From the NCBI GenBank assembly GCA_965215125.1, contig OZ244052.1, positions 1,472,001-1,536,000 of the forward strand: 64,000 nt of DNA. The letters are read 5' to 3'. Position 1 is the stretch's first letter, and each line of letters opens with the position of its first letter. Positions 30,273 through 43,000 of the stretch are shown here, one piece after another. The position numbers and the translations under genes are program-made. The stretch comes from an uncultured candidatus Porisulfidus sp. (lineage in GTDB: Bacteria > Pseudomonadota > Gammaproteobacteria > Poriferisulfidales > Oxydemutatoraceae). The notes below the pieces were generated by a model, which saw only the letters and a program-made list of their open reading frames with translations, had not been told where the DNA came from and did not search any database.

Positions 30273-30383
30273 TCCACGCTTCGGGCGTACAAAATAATTT
30301 TAATAATGTATGATGAAGAATGCCAAATTGCTTCAATCTACGCTATAATCTGATAACATACTGTAACTAATTGAGAAACTATT

Positions 30384-30611
30384 ATGACTGATATAGCCCT
30401 GTACGAAGCACTAAAGAAAATCCCCGACTTATCCGATGCTGAAGCAAAGGAAGCTGTAGCCAATGTTGCAAGTTCAAAAGATGTGGCAACTAAAATGGAT
30501 ATAGTGAGGGTAGAAAGTGCTATTGCAGAGGTAAAGACGGAGTTAAAGTATCTGCGATGGCTGATTGTGGTGGTGGTAGGCGTTGCCGTAGGGATAATTA
30601 AATATCTGTAA
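30384..30611 (+). CDS. Small DUF1640/CCDC90-like protein with C-terminal TM helix
   Basis: MTDIALYEAL...EAKEAVA...VATKMDI; paralog of 19189..19422. Confidence 0.8.
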   Translation: MTDIALYEALKKIPDLSDAEAKEAVANVASSKDVATKMDIVRVESAIAEVKTELKYLRWLIVVVVGVAVGIIKYL

Positions 30612-30624
30612 ATTGATACATTAA

Positions 30625-32097
30625 ATGGACGCACGACTACCTTTCTCATTTGCCCAACGACACGGCATATTCGTCGGACCGACGAGCGACCAAGAAATCG
30701 TACTCTATTGCAGAGCCGACACCCAACCGCAAGCACTACAAGAAGCGCGCCGACTATACAAACGCGAATTTTCTATACGAATTTTAGAAACCGGCGAGTT
30801 TGACCAACAATTGCAAAAAACCTATGCCAATCAATCCGGTAGCCTATCCATTATGGACGATGTGCAGGAGAGCGTGATGGGCATGGACGAAGTTGCGGCG
30901 GCGTTTGAAGAACCCGAAGACCTATTGAGTACCGAAGATGATGCCCCGGTAATCAAAATGCTCAATGCGATTTTCTTCGAAGCAATCCGCGAGAAAGCGT
31001 CCGATATACATATAGAACCCTACGAGCGAGAACTCCATATCCGCTTTCGCTTGAACGGCGTGTTGCGAACCATACTGACCTCATCCGCCAAACTTGCGCC
31101 GCTGTTGGTCTCGCGCATTAAAGTGCTGGCGCGTTTGGACATTGCCGAAAAACGCCTGCCTCAAGACGGACGCATCACCGTGCGCTTGGGGGGACGCAAT
31201 GTTGACCTGCGGGTATCTACACTGCCGTCCAGCTACGGTGAACGCGTCGTCTTGCGGGTATTGGACAAACAAAGCGAGCATATCAGCTTGGACGAACTCG
31301 GTATGGAGAAAGACCTCAAAGCCTATTTCAAAAGTTTAATCAACCGACCGCACGGGATTGTTTTGGTCACCGGCCCTACGGGTTCCGGGAAAACCACAAC
31401 CCTATACGCCGCCCTCGCCGAAGTGGATCGTCACCAGCGCAACATCATGACCATAGAAGATCCCATTGAATACAACTTTGAGGGAATCAGCCAGACCCAA
31501 GTCAACACTAAAGCCGATATGACTTTCGCTCGCGGCTTGCGGGCAATTCTCAGACAAGACCCGGATGTCGTGCTAATCGGAGAGATCAGAGACAGCGAAA
31601 CCGCAACCATCGCAACCCAAGCAAGCCTGACCGGACACCTCGTGTTGTCGACGCTACACACCAACACCGCCATCGGTGCAATCACTCGCTTGGGTGATAT
31701 GGGTGTGGAACCGTTTCTACTAACCGCTACCCTACAAGGCATACTTGCGCAACGCCTAGTTCGTCGCCTGTGCCCGAATTGTAAAGAGCCCTATATACCC
31801 GACCCCGAAGAACTTCGTTTCTCGGGATTGAACCCAGAACTGTTTGAAGGCAAAACCGTCTATAGACCTAAGGGCTGCGAAACATGCAACCACACCGGCT
31901 ACACCGGTCGCTTTGGATTGTTTGATTTGGTCACCATAGACGATATGCTCAAACAAATGGTGCACGACGGCGCAAGCGAAATAGAAATGAAACGTCATGT
32001 CTATGAAACTAACAAAGACCTCCGCATAATCGGTTGCGAGTACGCTCTCAAAGGCGACACCACCCTAGACGAAGTCATCGCCGTCACCCTAGAATAG
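30625..32097 (+). CDS. gspE: Type II secretion ATPase GspE
   Basis: Motifs RLPFSFA, ASDIHIEP, GPTGSGKTTTLY, LRQDPD, STLHTN and a CxxC/CxxC zinc motif. Confidence 0.97.
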   Translation: MDARLPFSFAQRHGIFVGPTSDQEIVLYCRADTQPQALQEARRLYKREFSIRILETGEFDQQLQKTYANQSGSLSIMDDVQESVMGMDEVAAAFEEPEDLLSTEDDAPVIKMLNAIFFEAIREKASDIHIEPYERELHIRFRLNGVLRTILTSSAKLAPLLVSRIKVLARLDIAEKRLPQDGRITVRLGGRNVDLRVSTLPSSYGERVVLRVLDKQSEHISLDELGMEKDLKAYFKSLINRPHGIVLVTGPTGSGKTTTLYAALAEVDRHQRNIMTIEDPIEYNFEGISQTQVNTKADMTFARGLRAILRQDPDVVLIGEIRDSETATIATQASLTGHLVLSTLHTNTAIGAITRLGDMGVEPFLLTATLQGILAQRLVRRLCPNCKEPYIPDPEELRFSGLNPELFEGKTVYRPKGCETCNHTGYTGRFGLFDLVTIDDMLKQMVHDGASEIEMKRHVYETNKDLRIIGCEYALKGDTTLDEVIAVTLE

Positions 32098-32119
32098 ACC
32101 CCCCCTAACACGACGAACT

Positions 32120-32227
32120 ATTCCCCGCCTATGGAGGGGTGGCAGGCGCAGCCTGACGGGGTGGTTGTGAAAGTATCTGCACAATGTTACGCCGATTAAC
32201 CTACCAACCCAATCGACGATTTTATTC
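32120..32227 (+). repeat. Module A (32120-32166) followed by a degenerate B right-end hairpin (32190-32227)
   Basis: ATTCCCCGCCTATGGAGGGGTGGCAGGCGCAGCCTGACGGGGTGGTT, then CGCCGATTAACC...AATCGACG. Confidence 0.85.
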
Positions 32228-32296
32228 GTACGGAACATCCTAAAAAATGATATAATCACATTCTAAGTTAAATTATAAATTTAAAGGGATAGTTAA

Positions 32297-32707
32297 ATGC
32301 CTATACTGAAAAAAAGCATTAAGGATTTTTTAGAAGAAGCTATGAAAAATGTTGTGGCGTTGAAAATAGACGATGCAAAAAAAATAGTTGCAGATGACGA
32401 TGTGCAATTCGTTGATGTTCGCGATCCGAATGAATGGGCGAGTAGCGGAGTGATAAAAAACGCGGTCGGCGCGTCAAGAGGCATGCTTGAGTTTATGGCC
32501 GACCCCGACAGTCCATACTACAACGAGGTTTTTGATCCGAATAAACGTTTGATTCTATATTGTGCAAAGGGACCTCGCTCGGCATTGGCGGCATGGCGTC
32601 TGAAGCAAATGGGCTTTGATAATGTTTGCTATCTCAGCGGCGGATTGAACGCATGGCTGGGTGCCGGCGAAGAAACAACCCATTATGCAGGCACTCCCGA
32701 ATCATGA
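32297..32707 (+). CDS. Single-domain rhodanese
   Basis: Motifs VDVRD..E, RGMLEF, active-site loop CAKGPRS and LSGGLNAW. Confidence 0.9.
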   Translation: MPILKKSIKDFLEEAMKNVVALKIDDAKKIVADDDVQFVDVRDPNEWASSGVIKNAVGASRGMLEFMADPDSPYYNEVFDPNKRLILYCAKGPRSALAAWRLKQMGFDNVCYLSGGLNAWLGAGEETTHYAGTPES

Positions 32708-32788
32708 AAGACAGGCAATTTATCAACCATGCCGAACTTTGGCATAAACGGGATACTGCTTGCTTTGTCGGAATAAAAGGCGGTTTTG

Positions 32789-32817
32789 TTGACAGTTTCA
32801 ACGAAGCATGGTATTAT
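32789..32817 (+). promoter_or_regulatory. Near-consensus sigma70 promoter for the dockerin/giant-protein operon
   Basis: TTGACA-N17-TATTAT with an extended -10 TGn. Confidence 0.6.
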
Positions 32818-33011
32818 TGCCGTAGATATAGTAATGAAAAAACCACTTTTTATATATTGATTATCACATAAAAAGGATATAATAACGACATGGTGACCCG
32901 AAGTAATAATACATATGACCTCTTAAATAACAAAACAGCTTTGAGAAAGTTGCGAGGGCATTCAATAGCTATAACCTTTCATACATTTGATAGATAAACA
33001 GGAGCAATAAT

Positions 33012-34001
33012 ATGCAAAGATTAAAATTAATTCGTTCGTTGTGCTTGCTATCGGCTTTGATGGTGGGAGTGGTTCCGAGTATTGCAACTGCGCAAGAGTC
33101 ACCTATGCAGGAAAGAATAAATGAAGTTCTACCTACTCAGGATCCTTATTGCACTGCTGATGGAGATGGTCAATATCCGAACTTGCCCTCTACAGGTGCC
33201 ATAAATACGGATGCGTTTGCCGATGATTCAGCGTTATGTAGTGCTGTCACAATATCGGGAACTTCAGTCCCTGCAGGAGTCGTTGACTGGGTATTGGTTG
33301 AATTGAGGGTGGCAGTGCGCTCGGGAGGTACTCCTAATTCGGACGACGCGAATATTTTTACAGAGATTGGAAGCACTGGCGTGACAAGATCTACAGTCAT
33401 AGCTCGAAAACCGGCCTTCTTATTAAATAATGGTAGAATTGTAGATGCAGTAGCATATGCGGACCTAGGTAGTCATACCTCAGACACTCCGGATTCCTGT
33501 AATTTAAGTGAAGATGTGGTTGCTAACTTAGAGGAGAGTAACAACTGTCCTGATCTCATATTTGATGCAGACAATATAGCCGATCGTCTTGACACCAATT
33601 CAGATGGTACCGATGACGATTTATATTTGGTGATCCGCCATAGAAACCATATAGATATTATGTCTAGTACCCCACTAACCGAAAGCTCAGGGGTATACAC
33701 TTATGATTTTATTAGCAACGTAGCTAATGCTAAAGATAATGAAGGGGCAGCTGGAATAAAGGCTAATGCTGGGCCAGGAAATAATAGAGTGGCAATGTTT
33801 TCTGGTGATTCTGATTATAACAATGATATTGATATAGGTGATTATAATAATGCCATAGCGTTGCCGAATGTAGACCGAGGTGATGCAGCTAACCTAGTCT
33901 ATAGGCGTGCAGACAACGACTATAATGGTCAAGTTGATATAAGTGATTACAATGAGTCTATAAGAATCAATCGTGCCCTTTCAGCCGTACTACCAAGATA
34001 A
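33012..34001 (+). CDS. Secreted protein with C-terminal dockerin-like paired Ca-binding loops
   Basis: Signal peptide, a DWVLVELR...YLVIRHRNH...YDF module, then GDSDYNNDIDIGDY and ADNDYNGQVDISDY. Confidence 0.75.
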   Translation: MQRLKLIRSLCLLSALMVGVVPSIATAQESPMQERINEVLPTQDPYCTADGDGQYPNLPSTGAINTDAFADDSALCSAVTISGTSVPAGVVDWVLVELRVAVRSGGTPNSDDANIFTEIGSTGVTRSTVIARKPAFLLNNGRIVDAVAYADLGSHTSDTPDSCNLSEDVVANLEESNNCPDLIFDADNIADRLDTNSDGTDDDLYLVIRHRNHIDIMSSTPLTESSGVYTYDFISNVANAKDNEGAAGIKANAGPGNNRVAMFSGDSDYNNDIDIGDYNNAIALPNVDRGDAANLVYRRADNDYNGQVDISDYNESIRINRALSAVLPR

Positions 34002-34012
34002 GGAAGAGAGAA

Positions 34013-37000
34013 ATGAATAAAATTTTATTTGTAATAAGCTTACTATTGTTTGCAATTACTAACATCAGTGCTCAAACATTAACCTTACCACAAAGTAGGT
34101 TCACATCGTCCCTTGCGAACAATAATAGAACTTTCCCATCTGATGATGGATTTCTTCATTTTCGGTTTGAACCCGGTGAAACTGAAATCGTGACGCAAGA
34201 TATTGGTGGAGTTGCCACAAAACGTCTCAAATTCACTGTTCAGGCAAGAGTACTTTCAACTACAGATATTCCGATGAGTTATGTAGTAGGATTTTTGAGA
34301 ATTGATTATAGTACTGATGCGTTTGGTGATTTACTTGATCCACCGTTGACTAGAGCGGGGCGAGTAAATCCTGCCGGAAAATGTTCTGTTGGACGTTCAG
34401 CTATATTTGAAACTGAAGGTACAGCAAGCTATACTCTAGGCATTCAGGCAACTGATAATAATACTATGCTTGTTGAAGAGACTAGTACTGCCTTCTCTAA
34501 TCCGTCCGCTGAGGCTGAGGCCTTTGGGTTTTTAACAAACCAGTTTAAGCCATATATAACATTGACATGTACAATCGTTAATGACACAATGGACGCAAAC
34601 ATTTCAATCAATGGTTCAAATGCCTCAGGCAACTCTATTCGCAGAGATTATCCTGACCCTCAGGACTTTTCCGCTCCTGCTGCTAATCAACGTTCCATCC
34701 TTCCAATAGCAGACAATGATATCCGCGGCTTTCGTTTAGATGGCAAGACTTGGGTTGAGGATTATGTGCGATATGAAAATGGACGTGGCGTTCGGCTTAA
34801 GTTTTCCAAAGGGATTAGAACGGAGTTAACTAAAGATCACTTTAGCATTGAATCAGTGTCACTTGATGATAGTGCGATAAGTACAGTGACCCATGTGGTA
34901 GGCACCCCTTATGTTGAAATTGATTTTAATCAAGTGGTGGGTACAAATTTCGATGTGAACAACATAGCAACTGACATATTAAGAATTAGTACCGACACCA
35001 TTGTAGATATGGATGGCAATAATTTGGCTGATGGTAATTTTGCGGCAGCACTATATTATGATGCAGCGGCACCTAAGGTCACCGAAATTATCCCTAATGA
35101 AGATGGCGATGAATTTACACTGACTTTCAGTAGTGCAATTGCTCCTAACACCGTTACTAAAGAGAGTTTATGTGTAACTGAGCCAAACGGAATATGTGTA
35201 GCAGAAGAAACGACCCCAACGGTACCCATTCTTAGTGTAACAACGCATGGTGATATGCCGACCACACTCACAGTGGTTGTTGCTCAGCCCGAACGTGCTA
35301 AAGTAGGCGGCACACGGTCTATAGAATTTAGGCGCAATGCTGTTCTTGGTGATTTTAGCATTACTGGGCCTCTGAGAACAGTAGAAGATTACCAAACCGT
35401 ATTAAGAGACGCACTGATGTTGCAAGACACGATTGGTCCGGAGATTACAGTGGCTAGAGTGACTGCAGGGGGCAACTTGGCATCGGGCAATCTCACCCCG
35501 TCGAGCGGAGATTATACTATGTACTTTAGGGTAACTGCCGATGAAGATGTACCAGAATTAAGTACCACGGCTGCTTATCAGTTGGAAGATAGTAATGGCG
35601 ACTTAGTTAATGCCACCGCAGCAATACAGACTGTTGTAACACAAAACAGAGATGTGATACTTCAGTACACCGTTGAGGTTGGCAATACTCCAGCTAATGC
35701 AACATACTTCACATTGGCTCGTAGTAGTACTAATCCGGCAGATCTGCAAGATGCATCAGGTAATGATCCGATTATACCTGGCAGTATAGATGACGATAAC
35801 CCAACTGGGATAGAGATAGCTGCCGGCGCAGAAATAACAGCTGACGCGTCTGCTCGAGCACCAAGAGATACAACTGCACCGTCAATCACTGTGGACATGG
35901 CAACCGTTGTGCCAAGCAATAATGGTTTAACATATAATGTAACATTTGAGCTCTCTTCAAACGAAGCTATTCCAAATATCGGGAATGAGAGTTCTTATAC
36001 GGTGACAAGAGACGGTGGTTCTGCTCCGTCAGGTTCTGCTAGGATAGTAAGCGTAAATGCTAATGCTGCTACGACTGGTGCAACAGTAATTTATACTGCT
36101 CAATTCGGAAATAACCAATACAATGCTGTGCGACCCGTAAGAGGCTGGAGACTAGACTTCGTATCGGGAGAATTATTGGATCAAGACGGTAATCAAGCTA
36201 GATTCCCGGACGCGGCAGCAAGAACGGCAGAAAGAGACGACGATAGTCCTATAATCACGATAGAAGGTAATCCGACGCTGACTGTAGTTCCCGGCATTGG
36301 CGGCAACTCTACCGTAACTGTGAGTTTTGTGGTGGCTTCCGATGAAGATGTACCAACTTTGGATGAGGCGGCATCGTATAGTTTAAGAAGATATTCAGAC
36401 AGAGCTGGAAATAATGCCTTATCTTTTTCAGGAGAAACTATAACAGTTATGGGCAACGATAGACAAGCAATGTTCACTGCTGTGATACCACTTAGTCAAA
36501 GCCAGTTGAGAGAAACAGCGGCATTCGGCTTGAACCGTGCTCTTGGCGACACCAGGTTGTTGGATACTTCCGGCAATCCACCAAATATATCTCCCGGTTT
36601 TGGGATAGATGACAACAAGTTTGCCCTCAGGGAGACTGATGGTGCAGTGGTTACAGTAGTAAGAGTAGATAATGTCCCTACAGATAATGATGTTGAGGCA
36701 AGGCCGGATGATAACAATGGGAACCGGTACGCCATAGGCTTCACAATCACGAACACCGAGCACGACACTAAGCCTATTAGCGATCTTGCTGATCCAAATT
36801 CTTATATGATATTGCGCAGAAGTGGAACTTCCAACACGACTGATGTGACAGTGATGAGTTCTGGCGTTACTGATGGAGTGAACAGTGTGGTACTGAATTT
36901 TAATGTGACAATAAATAATCAAGATGATACCGAGATGACAAACGGCTTCGTGCTGGCGCGTGCTAATGATCCCAACGCATTACTGGATAGTAATGGCAAC

Positions 37001-40000
37001 GCGCTTAGATTTGGTTCTGTCACCCCTGTCACCATTGGTGTAGGGGAGGCAATCAGCAGTGCAGGTACAGCAGTAGCACGCCGAGATACAACTAAACCAA
37101 ATCTAACGGTATCACCGGGCGAAGCTGAAACATCAGATGGTAATATCTACACTGTTAGATTCACGGTAACACCCAGCGAAGAAAATGTTCGTGGTATTAG
37201 TACTACTACTTCGTATTCTCTATTAGTTGCAGAAGAGGAAAATCAGGTAATGACAGGATTCCGAACGGCAACTAGTATTAGCCCGATGAGTATAACAGAG
37301 AATAGTGGTTCTCAAGTAGTCACTTATACAGTAAACATAGCCACCCTCCAAGCTGGTCGTCCAGTTACTTTCCCCTATGGACTTATGCTAGGTCGTGCGA
37401 ACGACGGCTTGCGAGACTTGTCAAATAATGATCCGATTCAGACTGCTACAAACGGAAGTAGAACGAATACCGAAGTAGCTAACGGACAACCATTGCAATC
37501 AGGTCAGGTAGTATTATTAGATAGAGTGTCGCCAAGTATTACGGTGACAGCAAACAGCATTGCGCCGGTGCCCGCTAACCCTGGCCGATACACGATGTCA
37601 TTTACAACAACAGCAACCGAAGACGTAAGGAATATAGGGAATGCAAGTTCATACCGGCTGATGCGTGTAGAAACCGATGACACTTGGGGGGCAGCATCAT
37701 TAACTGCTTCGCAAGATTCAGTGACCGTTAATGATAATGAAGTTGGTGGATTAGGGACTTCGGCGACATTCACCTATACCATTACTTTCACCGGTAACGT
37801 TGCAACTAGGCTTGCAAACATAAGAGGGACACGAGGGTTCACGCTGGCACTGGTTAGCGGACCAAATCAAATAAATTTACAGGATGTTGCAACTAACCTG
37901 CCGGTAAAAAGCAATGGTGACAATATATATGATACTGATGGGACGACCTTGCTGAATGACGGAATAATAGCACCGATATCAGGTGGTGTGATTGCCTCAA
38001 GTGCGGTAGCAGCGAGAGACACGACAGGCCCTGCTTTAACGGTGACTAGTGGCAATGCTACTCCGGCCACACCTACGACATATACAGGAAGTTTCAACAT
38101 TGCTGCAACGGAAAATATACGAGGTATAAATGATGAGGCTTTATATAGCTTGCTTCGTATACCGCTAGTCAGTGGAACTACTAATCCGGATAATGCAAAT
38201 GCAGTGGTAGAGACTGATGCGACTATCACTGTGACAAGCGGAACGAATTTAAGTCAGAGTGCGACAATTAACTTTACTGCTACCCTTGACAATGTGGCAC
38301 AAGCTCGAGGCACCTATGGGTTCACATTAGCGAGAGCGAGCGATGGATTACGAGATATATGGGACAATGCGGTCACTGTAGTCTCGGGTCAACAAAACAG
38401 GCTGACAGCTGGCAATGGAGCAGTTGCTAATAGAGACATAGCTAGTCCTCGAATCACAATAACAGCAACTACTAGTGCCACTGCGGTTTCGCTTGATATA
38501 TATGAGATGGATTTCACAATAAGCAGTAACGAAGATGTTGCAAGTATAGGTGATTCAGCTTCATATCAAGTAGTGCGTGTGCTCAATGATAATACTACGA
38601 CTACGGCAATCAATTCCTCAATGGAACCGATACAAATAAATACTGCAAACCGAAATGTAACAATTCCTGTTCGGATTGATTTATCAGAAGTGTCAAGAGC
38701 GCAAATAATGCAGACCAGAGGATTTACACTACTTCGTGCTAATAATAGTTTAATAGACAGCTCCGGCAATCTTCCGGTTAAGCGTGATGGTTCTACCGAC
38801 ATAGCTAACAATGGCATTATAGGTCCTATAACCGCAGGGAGAATTGACGACTTAGCGTTAGCATTGAGAGAACAAGCTCCACCAGTAATTACGGTTACGC
38901 CAGAACCAGGAGGAGCCGTTGTAACTTCAGGTCAAATAAGAAGATATACGGGAGCTTTTCTAGTAACGAGTAGTGAACCAACTCGGGGTATAAATATGGA
39001 TGATTCATATCAGCTAATGCGTGTGCTAAGAAATAATAACAGAGAGATATTCACCGGGGAGAGTGTTGATCTATCTGTTCAAAATGATGTCCGCAATGTT
39101 GCTAGCGAGAGTCAAGTAATTACCTTTGTAGCCATTTTCTCTGATACTACCAATGTTCGAACCGTTATAAGGGATACACTCGGTTTCACATTGGCGCGTA
39201 GCAACGACCCGAATGACTTAATAGATAATGCCGGCAATGCGGCAGCAAGTCCAAATGCACCATTAGATACAGACTCAACAGCAGTGGCAATGATAAACAA
39301 GGATCAACCGAGGTTTACGGTGACGGCAAATACAGGGGCTAATCCTGATCCTGTCAATGGTAATCAATATACAGCAGGCTTCACCGTGGCTGCCGATCAA
39401 AACATAGTCGGCATAGGCAGTGAGAGTTCGTATGTCGTATTGCGTTCGAGCACACCCACCAGTTTGGGATTAGTGCCTATTGATAGTAGTCTCTATAACA
39501 TAAGGCGAACGAGCGTCGGTTCCGTAGACGGGACGACAGCAACCTTTGAAATTACTGTTACTTATACCGGTATAGCCGATACACAGGGGACTGCCGGATT
39601 TACCTTAGGGCTTGCCGGTGATGGGGATGAATGTAATCTGTGCGACAACCGAAGCAACCTACCGGCGAGAAGCGATGGAACCACTATAAACGAGGATATG
39701 AGCATAGATGATCGCCCGGCAGCTGTTGCAGAAAGAGATACGGTTCCGCCGTTTATAAACGTAATCAGTGGTATTACTGAAGGGGGTGCAGATGTCGCTG
39801 GTGGGGGATGGCGGTTATCATTTAAGATGGACGGTTTTTCTAGCGATGATATCCAAGGATTAGATAACCCGGCTTCCTATAGGATATTGGGTAAAAACTT
39901 TGACGGTAGTTATACTATTTTGCCTTCGGCAAGTAATCCGTATACATTTCCGTCAGTTACCGGGAGAGTGCCATGCAGTGATACAGAAGTTGCTGCTATA

Positions 40001-43000
40001 CAACAATTTCTTGAGACAGGATTGTCTAATTGTCGGGTAATAACTACACGGGATACAACAAGACTCGATATACCCGCAAGTCAGGCGAGGAACATAGAAA
40101 GCTTTGTGCTAGGTCGTGCGCCCGGTGCGCTTCGCGATCGGTCAAACAATGACCCGGTCGTTGCCAACGACAGTCAAACTTCCCCTCGAATAGTAGGGAC
40201 AGGACCTGACGGAGATGGGCGGACTGTTTTGCCACTAGACCTGATCGGTTATGAGTTTACGCTGGACAGAAATAGCCCGTCAATCACGGTGAGACCCGAG
40301 GATTTAAGCCGACGTGGCAACAGCATATCGGGAGCTTTTGCCGTAAGTAGTAGTGATATAATCGACGAAATAAGAAATCCAAGTTCTTATGTGTTGTTGC
40401 GTGTAGCAACAGGTGGCAGCACAACGACGGTAATAAACAACGCAATAACCGGATCTGGATCAGGTGATGCCCGATCGGCAACGATTAGATTTAGTATTAC
40501 CGACAATACCCCCAATCTAGCAGTGAACTTTCAATACACGCTGGGTCGTCTCGCCAACTTATCCGACAAAGCAGGCAATCCGCTTGTCTATGCCGGCACC
40601 ACCGACATGGTATCAACAAACACTCGCATAGACAGAAGTACAACTGCGCTTGCAGACATACCGGCCGAGGACACCATGAACCCGATCGTCACCCTAGAAG
40701 CGACGACACCCCAAGCCAACCCCGATGAAAATAATGAGTTAAGATTTACCGGGGCCTTCGTGGTGAATTCCGATGAAGAAATTCCCGCCATAGGACAGTC
40801 AGGATCCTATCAGTTGCTTCGTGTCCTCAGTGGCAATGCTACTACTACTACCGGTATTGCCAATGTCAGCTTCACTTTTAGCAATGGCACAACAAGTTCG
40901 GTAACAATCAATTTTGCCGTAACCCTTGCCGGTATAACTCAAGTGCAAGCTACAACCGGTTTCACATTAGAGCCTACTGCCAACTTTGTAGATGGCGGAG
41001 GCAACGGGCCACTAAACAATGAATTTATTGCTAACGCCGATGATGACCCCACAGTCGCAATGCGAGAAGACGATTCTCCGAGACTATCGGCATTGGCGCA
41101 AACCGGTCAACAACCGACTTTTGCTAGCGGCCCGCGTGTCATGACCCCGGCATTTAGAGTTAATGTAGAGAGTCCAGTCGAAACTATTAGAGGGATAAAT
41201 CAACCGAATTCATATCAAATATTGCGCCTTGTAGGCACTGCAGACAGTCAGACAGTGGAACCGTTCAACGGTACCGAAGTCGTCAGCATAGGTAGTAGCA
41301 ATGCAGATGGACAGCTAGTTTCTGTTACAGTGACATTTGATAACATACAAGATGCGAGAAACACTTATGGCTTCGCATTAGCTCGCAGAGGCAATCTGCG
41401 CGACTTATCCGGCAACGATCCCTTAAGTACCGCTGCAGATGGAACGACCGGGACAGCAGTGGAACTGAGTTCTCGTATAGATTTAAGAGACAGTGCCGTA
41501 TGGGTCAGAACGGATAGAACACAACCGAATATCACGGTGGTTGCACAAGGCCCCGAAGGTCAAGAAGCACAACCTGTTTCATCCAATCCGGTCGTTTATA
41601 CGGGAAGTTTTCGTATAAGTTCCGGCGATGTTATCAGAAACATCAACTCCCCAAGTGCATATCAGTTGCTGCGTCAAACAATGGGCGGTTCCTTAAGCAA
41701 TATTGACGCAACAATAAGCGTTAGTAATTTGGCCGGAACTCCCTCAGCTGGTTTCACTGCAGCAACCGTCGCATTTAGAACAACCCTAACTGCACCAATA
41801 CTAAGAGCTACCGGGAGCTCTGCGACAGCAGGATTCATCTTAGCGAATGCTTCAACAGATATCAGCGGGCTACACGATATTGCAGGTAATTTACCGGTGA
41901 CAGATAATGCCGATTCCTTGTCAAATACAGAAGCCTCTATCGCCGCAAGAGACACAACTCCGCCGACGATTACGGTGGTTGCATTAGGTCAGGGGGCTAT
42001 GCCTGCACGGAACAACCCGCTCGTTTATACGGGAAGTTTCCGTGTAAGTTCTACGCCTACCGAAGCTATCAGAAACCTAAACCGACCGGCATCCTATAAT
42101 TTATTACTTATAACTAACGCAGGTGCAATACGCCCGTTTAGCGCAAGTAGCACAACGATAACAGTTGGTGCAACAACATTCGCTCCTATAGGAATCCCAA
42201 CGGCAGCGACGGTTAATTTCGAGGCAAGTCTAAGCGAGTCTATCGTAACGGCTACAGGCAACGATGCAATAATGGGCTTTACTCTGGCCAGTGCTACATC
42301 AACGGGCCTTGACGGATTGCGAGATATTGCATCTAATGAACCAGTACTATTTAGTGAGAGACGTTTAAGCAATCAATCCGAGGCGATAGCGGAAATAGAA
42401 ATGGATGCACCGGTAATAACGGTGATTGCGGAAGGCGAGGAAGCTCAACCCGATCCGGATAATCCGCTGGTTTACAGAGGAACTTTCGTAGTAACCGCGC
42501 CTGTCGATGATCCGGTCAGAAACTTAAACGATCCGGCAGTGTATAGGTTATTGCGTCTAACTACTGCAGGCGTTATAAATGGAATTGCTTCAACGTTGAC
42601 CATCAGCAGTTTCGTAGAAAGTGCCACTCCAGCCTATTACACTTCGGCAACAGTCATGTTTGAAACGGTTTTAGCCAATACAGACCAGTTAGAAAACACA
42701 GCAGGCTTCACATTGGGTGAGAATCGAGTAAGCGGCTTAGGTGGTCTGCAAGATAATGCCGGTAACCGACCGCGTAATACGCCGCCACTGAGACGCTTAG
42801 ATTCTGCCGACACTGCGATAGCAAGGATTCAAGTAACACGCATAGAATGTGCAGCATTCTATCGCGACATAGGTCAAAACGAGCTGTTCTTCAGAGTACA
42901 AAGTGAAGATGCGCTTAATCTGGCAGGATTGCAATTAACCCAGTCAGGTTCCAGTTTGGCTATTGACGGTCCGGTTGAGCAAATAGGAACAACACCGTCA

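Noticed and set aside
32820-33011. Riboswitch in the leader of the dockerin-like gene
   Set aside because: I could not identify c-di-GMP or other aptamer consensus motifs by eye. An Rfam scan would settle it.
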